Shown here one piece after another: positions 50,536-58,182 of a stretch of DNA of 64,000 nt. The stretch spans positions 15,256-79,255 of the forward strand of contig CANQRR010000005.1 in the NCBI GenBank assembly GCA_947626285.1. The letters are read 5' to 3'. Both the position numbers and the translations under genes were made by a program. The stretch is from an uncultured Lachnospiraceae bacterium. GTDB taxonomy: Bacteria; Bacillota; Clostridia; Lachnospirales; Lachnospiraceae. How positions within the stretch are numbered: position 1 is the stretch's first letter; every line of letters begins with the position of its first letter. The notes under the pieces were generated by a model. The model worked only from the letters and a program-made list of their open reading frames with translations. It was not told where the DNA came from and searched no databases.

Positions 50536-51126
50536 CTATGCCGTGAGCGTCTCCAGCTCCTTCGCGATCAGCTCCTCGCAGGAGCGCATCGCAAGGATCG
50601 TCCGCTCCATCAGTTCCTCAAGCGTCCAGCCGAGACGCTCCGCGCCCTCGCGGATCACATCTCTTGAACAGCCTGCCGCGAAGCGCTTGTCCTTAAATTT
50701 CTTTTTCAGACTGGACACCTCCATGTCCATCACGCTCTTCGACGGGCGCATTTTCGCCGCCGCTCCGATCAGCCCGGTCAGCTCGTCCGCGGCAAACAAT
50801 ACCTTCTCCATCTCATGCGTCGGCTCGACGTCGCAGCAGATCCCGTATCCGTGGCTGCAGATGGAATGGATCATGTCCTCGCCCACGCCGCCGTCCCGCA
50901 AAAGCTCCGGCGCCTTGACGCAGTGTTCCTCCGGGTAAAGCTCAAAATCGATGTCGTGCAGCAGCCCGACGATCCCCCAGTATTCCGCGTCCTCTCCGTA
51001 TCCAAGCTCCTGCGCGAACCAGCGCATCACGCCCTCCACCGTCAGCGCATGCTGAATGTGGAACGGCTCCTTGTTGTACTTCTGCAGAAGCGCGAACGCC
51101 TCCGCTCTGCTGATAGAATTTTGCAT
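50536..51126 (-). CDS. HD-domain (HDIG-like) metal-dependent phosphohydrolase
   Basis: HALTVE, GLLHDID, SHG and ADELTG motifs. Confidence 0.88.
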   Translation of the reverse strand: MQNSISRAEAFALLQKYNKEPFHIQHALTVEGVMRWFAQELGYGEDAEYWGIVGLLHDIDFELYPEEHCVKAPELLRDGGVGEDMIHSICSHGYGICCDVEPTHEMEKVLFAADELTGLIGAAAKMRPSKSVMDMEVSSLKKKFKDKRFAAGCSRDVIREGAERLGWTLEELMERTILAMRSCEELIAKELETLTA

Positions 51127-51146
51127 TATGCTCACTCCTCACTTAT

Positions 51147-52239
51147 TTACACTAATTTTCTGATCAAAGGAATTCTTTTTATCAGTACAGTTGCTGCATA
51201 GCAGATTGCCATCACACAAAGACAAACCAAAAACGCCGAGAGCATCTGATTCAATTGCAATTTTACCAAAAACAGATCCCATACCTTATAGATGCTTCTC
51301 CACTTGTTCAATACCAACAGATGCAAAAGATAGATCCCAAATGTTGCAGATCCAACCAGAAGCTACTATTTTGTTCAGCCAGGATGGGAACGTTTTTCCA
51401 TATCTCAAATATATATATTTTACTGTAAGAAAAATTGTTATAGCGTTTAATGCGGCAAACGAGCTGTGAAAAGCCTGCGATACTCCTTCTGCACACTTTC
51501 CCATGTCAATTGCCCTCAAATAGGTCATGTAGCAGGAAACACAGATCGCCAGAGTATTCATGATCCACATAAGCACGATCGTTTTGCCCTTTTTTATGTC
51601 TTTGATCCTGTACTGCAAAAAGTAACCCATCAGCGGATAAAAAACTATGTTCGTCGTCACCCAGCCGATACTTAATTTCCGATTGAGCTTATGCTGTCCT
51701 TTCCAAAGAAAATATTGAAAAATGGGAAGAAGCGATACAAAAACGATATACAAGCCAATCAGATAGAAATAATGCTCATCTTTCAGGTTTTTCGCTAACG
51801 GCCTCAGTATTGGCAAAGTAATCAGGAAAGCGATATATGCGTATAAATACCAATATGAATAGTTCCAGTTCTTTTCATAAAAGCGAATGAAGAACGTCCC
51901 TACGTCAAATGTCTGCCTTCCAAGCTGGATTTCCCGTAAGTAGCACAAGGCAGAAAAGATAAAAAGCGTGCAGACTATCTTCAATATCCTGTTTTTATAC
52001 AGATATCCAAGGGATTCTTTTTCCCGCGGAATGAGCAGCACTCCCGAGATCATAAAAAACAGAGGTACCGAAAATTTACAGAACACTGAGAGCCAGAGGT
52101 AACACCAAAACGGCAGCCCTCCCCATGGCCTCTGAGAGAAAAGGAAGAATCCTCTTGCGCCTGTATGATTGAAGATCACAAAAAAGCATGCCAGGATCCG
52201 CATCATCTCCAAATACAGATATTTCCGTTTTTCTTCCAT
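51147..52239 (-). pseudogene. Acyltransferase_3 family O-acyltransferase with two apparent +1 frameshifts (low GC)
   Basis: RILACFFVIFNH and VPLFFMISG motifs; the GSATFGIYLLH motif appears after a shift at about 51357, and the C-terminus TVLIKRIPLIRKLV* after a second shift at about 51280; about 40% GC in the lines I counted. Confidence 0.8.
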
Positions 52240-52406
52240 ATGTATTTCCCCTCCGCTCACCCTTTTCTCTCTTTTCAAATTTACTTCATGGAATCATTCC
52301 TGTCAAGCATTACAAAAATGCTGCTGCAAACAATTCACGGATCTCATCCGGATCATCTGCAACAGCACTGGAACGCTTTGTGTTATTTTGAGGCTTCACT
52401 TCATTT

Positions 52407-52434
52407 TAAAACTTTGCTCTATTTCAAAGTTTTA
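52407..52434. repeat. Perfect 10-bp AT-rich inverted repeat with an 8-bp spacer
   Basis: TAAAACTTTG-CTCTATTT-CAAAGTTTTA. Confidence 0.8.
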
Positions 52435-52454
52435 CGCTGTCTCCGGGAAGCATC

Positions 52455-54185
52455 CTAGAAGAAATCGTCTCCCTGCAGCGCATCGAAGCCCTCTTCGCCC
52501 GTGCGCACCTTCACGACGTTCGCCACGTTGTAGACGAAGATCTTGCCGTCGCCGATGTGCCCGGTGTACAGCGCCTTCTTCGCGGCCGCGATCACGGCGG
52601 CCGGGGAAACCTTGCTGACGACGACGTCCACCTGAATCTTCGGAAGCAGGTTCAAATCCATCTGTACGCCGCGGTAGTACTCCGCCTTGCCCTTCTGTGT
52701 GCCGCAGCCGAGCACGTTCGTCACCGTCATGCCCATGACGCCGATCTTGTTCAGCGCTTCCTTCAGCTCGTCAAACTTACTCTGCTTCGCGACGATCGTG
52801 ATCTTCGTGATGTTCGTGTCGCTCGCGATCGTCTCGGTCGGAGTCTTGACCTGTACCGGAACCGCGTCGTCCACATGGACCGGATTCTCCGGGAGAGGCA
52901 TGTCATACGTGTCGCGCACGCCACCGAAGTTGTTGATGCTGGAGGTCTGCGCAAAGTCCGCGTACGCCGAAGCCAGACCATGCTCGTGGATATCCAGGCC
53001 CTCGATCTCCTCCGTCACAGAAGCGCGCAGGCCAACCGTGTGCTTCAGCACGTTGAAGATGATCGTCATCGTCACAGCCACCCACGCGATCACACACACA
53101 ACGCCGAGCAGCTGAGTGAGGAAGAAGTGGAAACCGCCGCCGTAGAACACGCCCAGCTTCTCGCCCGTTCCGAAATCATAGTAAGCAAACAGTCCTGTCA
53201 GCAGCGTGCCGGTCATGCCGCAGATGCCGTGAACGCCGACCGCACCCACCGGGTCGTCTACCTTCAGCTTCTGATCCACAAACTCAATGCCAAGCACTAC
53301 TGCAAATCCGGCTACGATACCAATGATCGCCGCGCCCACCGGGGTCACTGTGTCACAGCCCGCGGTGATCGCCACAAGGCCCGCCAGGGAACCGTTCAGC
53401 GTCATGGAGACATCCGGCTTCTTGTAGCGCACCCAGGTGAAGATCATCACCGTCACGGTAGCGACCGCAGCCGCCAGGTTCGTGGTGTAGAAGATTCTGG
53501 AAGCCCTCGCCGCGTTGTCGCCGGACATCGCAAGCGTCGAGCAGCCGTTGAATCCGAACCAGCAGAACCAGAGGATAAATACGCCGAGCGCCGCCAGCGT
53601 CATGCTGTGCCCAAGGATCGCGTTCGGCTTGCCGTCCTTGCCATACTTGCCGATACGCGGCCCAAGCACCGCCGCACCCACGAACGCAGCCACGCCGCCG
53701 ACCATATGTACCGCCGTCGAACCCGCGAAATCATGGAAGCCAAGCTGTGCCAGCCAGCCGCCGCCCCAGATCCAGTGACCCGAGATCGGGTATACAAACA
53801 GGCTGATCAGCGCGCTGTAGATGCAGTACGCGGAAAATTTCGTGCGCTCAGCCATCGCACCAGAAACGATGGTAGCCGAAGTCGCGCAGAATACCGTCTG
53901 GAAGATCATCGTCGCGTAGTCGTCGGTCTTCATGCAGAACAGGTCAAGTCCGCCGATCAGCGCGCCCGTCCCGCCGAACATGATGCCGAAGCCGATGAAC
54001 CAGTAGATCGGTGTACCAATACAGAAGTCCATCAGGTTCTTCATCACGATGTTGCCCGCGTTCTTCGCACGCGTCAGACCGGTCTCCACCATCGCGAAGC
54101 CCGCCTGCATGAAGAACACAAGCGCCGCGCCGACCAACACCCAGGTAGTGTCCAGTCCGGTAATCAAAGTTTTCAGTTCATCCAT
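52455..54185 (-). CDS. amt: Ammonium transporter fused to a C-terminal PII (GlnK/GlnB-like) domain
   Basis: MQAGFAMVE, FQTVFCAT, HDFAGS, WFGFN and DDPVGAVGVH motifs; PII domain with GCGTQKG, LLPK and GHIGDGKIF. Confidence 0.95.
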   Translation of the reverse strand: MDELKTLITGLDTTWVLVGAALVFFMQAGFAMVETGLTRAKNAGNIVMKNLMDFCIGTPIYWFIGFGIMFGGTGALIGGLDLFCMKTDDYATMIFQTVFCATSATIVSGAMAERTKFSAYCIYSALISLFVYPISGHWIWGGGWLAQLGFHDFAGSTAVHMVGGVAAFVGAAVLGPRIGKYGKDGKPNAILGHSMTLAALGVFILWFCWFGFNGCSTLAMSGDNAARASRIFYTTNLAAAVATVTVMIFTWVRYKKPDVSMTLNGSLAGLVAITAGCDTVTPVGAAIIGIVAGFAVVLGIEFVDQKLKVDDPVGAVGVHGICGMTGTLLTGLFAYYDFGTGEKLGVFYGGGFHFFLTQLLGVVCVIAWVAVTMTIIFNVLKHTVGLRASVTEEIEGLDIHEHGLASAYADFAQTSSINNFGGVRDTYDMPLPENPVHVDDAVPVQVKTPTETIASDTNITKITIVAKQSKFDELKEALNKIGVMGMTVTNVLGCGTQKGKAEYYRGVQMDLNLLPKIQVDVVVSKVSPAAVIAAAKKALYTGHIGDGKIFVYNVANVVKVRTGEEGFDALQGDDFF

Positions 54186-54208
54186 AATAATTCCTCCTCT
54201 CTTTCATC

Positions 54209-54433
54209 CGGAACAGAAACTTCTGTTCCGCTGCGCGCGAGCAAGATCCCGCGTCTGGTTAGTTGCCGTCTGGCACGGCTCATTGCATACGCGCAAAGAA
54301 GGCGCCGTGGAAATCCACAGCGCCTTCGCTTGATTGACTGTAGTCTACACCCAATTTTTGTCAGGTGTCAACGGCAAATCTAAAATTTTTCTAAATTTGG
54401 TCGTCTTGTAGAAAATGTACAAATCTGAAAATT
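54209..54433 (-). promoter_or_regulatory. amt promoter, multi-hairpin leader and CodY-like box
   Basis: TTGACA (54366-54371)-18-TAGACT (54342-54347); hairpins at 54298-54327 (followed by UUU), about 54265-54279 and 54209-54230; CodY-like site at 54419-54433 (11/15). Confidence 0.6.
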
Positions 54434-54525
54434 CATTTTGTGTACTATGTACAAAATAATTTCCTACAAAAAACAGGGCTCCGCTTCTGTCCCCACCGGT
54501 GCCAGGGCCAGGAACTCCTGCCAAA

Positions 54526-55197
54526 TCACTCCGACACCAGCATCTGTCTCAGCTCCCTGACGTTCGGCACGATGCGCTCCGGCGCGGCTCCCGCCGCGAT
54601 CAGGAAATCCCTGTCCCGGAAACCCCAGGACACCAGGATATAGTCCAGTCCCGCGTTCTGTGCCGTCTTCAGATCCACGTCGGAATCTCCCACATAGACC
54701 GCGCGCTCCCTCTGTACGCCAAGCGCTGAGAGCGCCTGCAGCGCGCAGTCCGGCGCCGGCTTCCTGCGGCAGTCCTTCCGCTCCCCGATCGCCACGTCCA
54801 CTAACTCTTTGAAATACACGCCCTTCAGCTTCTGCACCGCCGGGTCCGCCTTGTTTGACACGATCGCCGTGCCAACGCCTTCCTTCTTCAGCCAGTCCAG
54901 CAGAGACAGCACTCCGGGATACGGCTCTGTCGCGTCCATACAGTGCGCCTCATAGTGCTCCCGAAAGGAGTCAAAGATCTGCTCAAACTCCGGGTGTTCC
55001 TCCCCGCCGGGCACGCTGCGCTGGATCAGCCTGCGGACGCCGTTCCCGACAAACTGCCGTACTTCCTCTATCGTGTGTCCCGGAAGTCCGAATCGCTCCA
55101 TCGCCGCATTCACGCTGGCGGTCAGATCCGCAAGCGTATCCAGCAGCGTACCATCCAGATCGAAGATCACCGCATCGTATCGTAATGTCTCTTCCAT
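54526..55197 (-). CDS. HAD-family phosphatase (phosphoglycolate phosphatase-like)
   Basis: FDLDGTLLDT, VSNK, KPAPD and VGDSDVD motifs; own TTGTGA-17-TATGAT promoter. Confidence 0.92.
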   Translation of the reverse strand: MEETLRYDAVIFDLDGTLLDTLADLTASVNAAMERFGLPGHTIEEVRQFVGNGVRRLIQRSVPGGEEHPEFEQIFDSFREHYEAHCMDATEPYPGVLSLLDWLKKEGVGTAIVSNKADPAVQKLKGVYFKELVDVAIGERKDCRRKPAPDCALQALSALGVQRERAVYVGDSDVDLKTAQNAGLDYILVSWGFRDRDFLIAAGAAPERIVPNVRELRQMLVSE

Positions 55198-55349
55198 GTG
55201 CCGTTCGCTCTCCTTCTTTTCAGCCTTCTTCTTTCATATATCCGGAAGCATCATAGCACATATGGGCCATCTTCACAATGAATAATTCCGGGCCGCATCA
55301 CCGGAGGAATACTCTCCTGCAAGCACAATACCGCACAAAAATGCCAGCG

Positions 55350-55754
55350 TCATGCCGCAATCTTCTCTGTGCCGCGGGCATATCCGTCTGCTGCCGCCGC
55401 CTGGCGCGCAGGTGCAGGATATACCATGACGCGCCTTTTTCCGCTCTCTGAAAGAGGCCGCAGTGCGGCAACGCGATCCGCCAGCCCGCCCGCGCCGATC
55501 AGCGCGGCCGCCGTCAGGATCACGAACAGCACCCACATAAACGCCAGCACCGGGATCGGCGCCAGGCGCACATCGATCCTGAGCACAGCCAGAACAACGA
55601 TCTCCTCCAGCAGTCCCGCCGCAGCGCAGAACCTCTGTCCCTCTCTCGTCAGCTCCCTGTATATATTTTCGCCGCTTTCTCTTCCGCCCTCCTTCCGGTA
55701 CTCTTCCGCGTATGCTCTTCTGTTCTCCGATCTGAAATCCCCTGTTCTCTTCAT
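55350..55754 (-). CDS. Small (134 aa) hypothetical membrane protein, predicted SOS-inducible
   Basis: GGAGAG RBS; charged N-terminus; two hydrophobic segments; GC3-rich codons; dedicated promoter carrying LexA boxes. Confidence 0.72.
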   Translation of the reverse strand: MKRTGDFRSENRRAYAEEYRKEGGRESGENIYRELTREGQRFCAAAGLLEEIVVLAVLRIDVRLAPIPVLAFMWVLFVILTAAALIGAGGLADRVAALRPLSESGKRRVMVYPAPARQAAAADGYARGTEKIAA

Positions 55755-55785
55755 TTCCGTACTCTCCCAAAACCCCTGATTTGTC

Positions 55786-55871
55786 CGAACGCAAGTTCAG
55801 AACGTTTGTTCTGTTTTGCATTCTACTACATCCCAAAAGATTTGGCAAGTACTTTTTCGAACTTTTGTTCG
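55786..55871 (-). promoter_or_regulatory. Sigma-A promoter with three LexA/DinR (Cheo) boxes
   Basis: TTGCCA (55843-55848)-17-TAGAAT (55820-55825); CGAAC-TTTT-GTTCG at 55858-55871, AGAAC-GTTT-GTTCT at 55799-55812, CGAAC-GCAA-GTTCA at 55786-55799. Confidence 0.85.
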
Positions 55872-55875
55872 TTTT

Positions 55876-57234
55876 TTACAAAATGAGACTCTCCCCGTTG
55901 CTCCGAATCACTTCGCGGTACCAGTATGCGCTGTCCTTCAGGATCCGCTCCTGCGTGCGGTAATCCACGTAGACGAGCCCGAAGCGCTTCTCGTACCCGG
56001 CCGTCCACTCATAGTTGTCCATGATCGACCAGTACTGGTAGCCGAGTATCGGGATCCCCTCGTCCGTCGCCTTCTTAAGAGACAGCAGATAACGGTGCAC
56101 AAAATCCTGTCTGCCCGGATCGTGCACTTTTCCGTCGAGCGACACGAGATCCGGAAAAGCCGCCCCGTTCTCCGTGATCATCAGCGGTTTCTCGTAGCGC
56201 TCATACAGGAAGCGGCAGCACCAGTACAGCACATCCGGCGTAATGTTCCAGCCGAGCGCCGTCTTCGGACTGCCCTGATAAGAATAGCGGTCATACGCAT
56301 AGGGATCGTGCGGCTGCGGAACCCCGCTCGCCTCATAGACGTTGAAACCGTAAAAATCCAGCGGCTGGGAGATCAGCTTCCACTCCTCCTGCGTGATCAC
56401 AGGCAGCCTGTCCCCGAACACTTCCCTCGCCTGGTCGGCAAAGTCTCCCTTGAAGATCGGATCCGCCCACCAGACGTTGCTGAACATATAGTCCATCTCG
56501 TTCATGGAGAAGCTCTCCTGCCGCGCCTTCTCGATTCCTTCCTCCGAAAGCTCCGACGGGATCACGCAGCCCCCGGTCGGAGCCATCCCGACCTTTGCGT
56601 CCGGACAGTTCCTGCGGATGACCTCCACCGCCCTGCCGTGCGCGAGGAACACATGCTTCGTGACCTGCATCAGGATATCCGTCGGATTCTGCTCAAACGG
56701 CGCGTGGAAACCCACCGTCATCCCGCCGCCGACGAAAAGCTGCGGCTCATTGAATGTCATCCAGTACTTCACCTTGTCCCCGAGCGCCTTCGTGACGACC
56801 TCCGCGTACTGCGCGAACCACCCGACGATCTCCGGATTCTTCCACCCTCCTTTTTCATACAGTGCGGTCGGCAGATCCCAGTGATAGAGCGTCACCATCG
56901 GCACGATATCCGCCGCAAGCAGCTCATCGACAAGATTCCGGTAAAACTGCAGACCCTTCTCGTTCACCTCGCCCACACCGTCTGGGATCACCCTCGGCCA
57001 GCTGACGGAGAAGCGATAACTCTTCAGCCCGATCTCTTTCATGAGCGCCACATCTTCCCTGTAGCGGTGATAATGGTCGCACGCGACGTCTCCGTTCTCG
57101 CCGTAAGCGATGCGCCCCGGCGTCCGCGTGAACGTATCCCAGATGCCCGGTCCCTTCCCGTCCTCGTTCCAGGCGCCCTCGACCTGATGCGCGGCCGACG
57201 CTGCGCCCCACAGAAAATCTTTTGCAAATGCCAT
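55876..57234 (-). CDS. GH1 beta-glucosidase
   Basis: AAHQVEGAW, DHYHRY, YRFSVSWPR, TFNEP (acid/base) and ITENG (nucleophile) motifs. Confidence 0.95.
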   Translation of the reverse strand: MAFAKDFLWGAASAAHQVEGAWNEDGKGPGIWDTFTRTPGRIAYGENGDVACDHYHRYREDVALMKEIGLKSYRFSVSWPRVIPDGVGEVNEKGLQFYRNLVDELLAADIVPMVTLYHWDLPTALYEKGGWKNPEIVGWFAQYAEVVTKALGDKVKYWMTFNEPQLFVGGGMTVGFHAPFEQNPTDILMQVTKHVFLAHGRAVEVIRRNCPDAKVGMAPTGGCVIPSELSEEGIEKARQESFSMNEMDYMFSNVWWADPIFKGDFADQAREVFGDRLPVITQEEWKLISQPLDFYGFNVYEASGVPQPHDPYAYDRYSYQGSPKTALGWNITPDVLYWCCRFLYERYEKPLMITENGAAFPDLVSLDGKVHDPGRQDFVHRYLLSLKKATDEGIPILGYQYWSIMDNYEWTAGYEKRFGLVYVDYRTQERILKDSAYWYREVIRSNGESLIL

Positions 57235-57395
57235 CTCTCTTCCTCCTTATTTTATCGGCGTTTTCTCACCCGCCGTGATATGTCCGCGGAATCCCCGGCT
57301 TCGCGCCATGGTTCGCGACTTCTGACTCTGCCATCATTATAAAGCATACCTGATGAGAAAAAAAGAAGAAAATTTCCATGTGCAAGTCTGCGCAC

Positions 57396-57427
57396 AAAAA
57401 AAGACCATCGGCGCTAACCGGTGGTCC
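57396..57427 (-). terminator. Intrinsic terminator of carD
   Basis: GGACCACCGG-TTAGCG-CCGATGGTCT followed by a U-tract on the minus strand. Confidence 0.8.
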
Positions 57428-57431
57428 TATA

Positions 57432-57932
57432 TCACTTTTCTAATGTCTTCGTGATAAAACCCTTCACCTCGCCGGGCTCGATCCCCAGCGCGGACGCCAG
57501 CTCATTGTGCAGCATCTCCTCCGCGCGTCTCATGCTTCGCTCATCCACCTGGCTCAGATGGCGTCCCGCGCGCGCGGCGCGTTTCTCCTTCAGATACACG
57601 GCGCGGATCAGCCGGACCAGATCCGTGCAGTTCCCGCTCTTTAAATAAACCTGATACCGCTCGTTGAGCACACGCGGATTTCTGTCCTCACAGATCTCAC
57701 CCTCGATCTCCGGGATGTGTTCGATGAAAGTCAGCGCCTCTTCCTTTGTCATGACCGGACGGTTGAAAACCGTTGTATCGACCGGAATGAAGATCCTCCC
57801 GCCCTGATAGACCGGAGTCAGCGTGTAATAATCGACTCCCTCTTTGGCTCCCTGCATATCCAGAGGACCGACCGCCTCGACCCGGCACACGCCCGTCATC
57901 CCATAGACAATCTGTTCTCCTACCTGATACAT
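57432..57932 (-). CDS. carD: CarD family transcriptional regulator
   Basis: MYQVGEQIVYGMTGVCRV (TRCF-RID-like N-terminus) and a CarD-like C-terminal domain. Confidence 0.85.
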   Translation of the reverse strand: MYQVGEQIVYGMTGVCRVEAVGPLDMQGAKEGVDYYTLTPVYQGGRIFIPVDTTVFNRPVMTKEEALTFIEHIPEIEGEICEDRNPRVLNERYQVYLKSGNCTDLVRLIRAVYLKEKRAARAGRHLSQVDERSMRRAEEMLHNELASALGIEPGEVKGFITKTLEK

Positions 57933-58182
57933 CTTCCCAATCCTCCTTCTGATCCCGCAGCCGTATCCCGCCGACGCCTCGCGGAGGCCGTCCTGCAGTT
58001 CATCTGCGAACGCCCTGTCCAGCTCCCTGCATCAAAAACAGGAACCGACAATTCCACACAAATATCATATCAAATCGCAGCCTTGGAATCAAAGGGACTT
58101 TTGAACAAAATTATTATTTTTTCACCAGGTATTTTTTCCCCATAAGGATATAGATGATCACGTCCAACCGGAAAATCCTCCC

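Noticed and set aside
54406-54422. TTGTA-N7-TACAA palindrome upstream of amt as a GlnR/TnrA box
   Set aside because: It does not fit TGTNA-N7-TNACA, and AT-rich context makes such palindromes likely; it could still be an operator.
55273-55848. Alternative 191-aa ORF overlapping the SOS-boxed gene
   Set aside because: Its start lies in the -35 box of the promoter, it has no RBS, and its composition is typical of an off-frame read; the 134-aa frame has the RBS and coding-like GC3.
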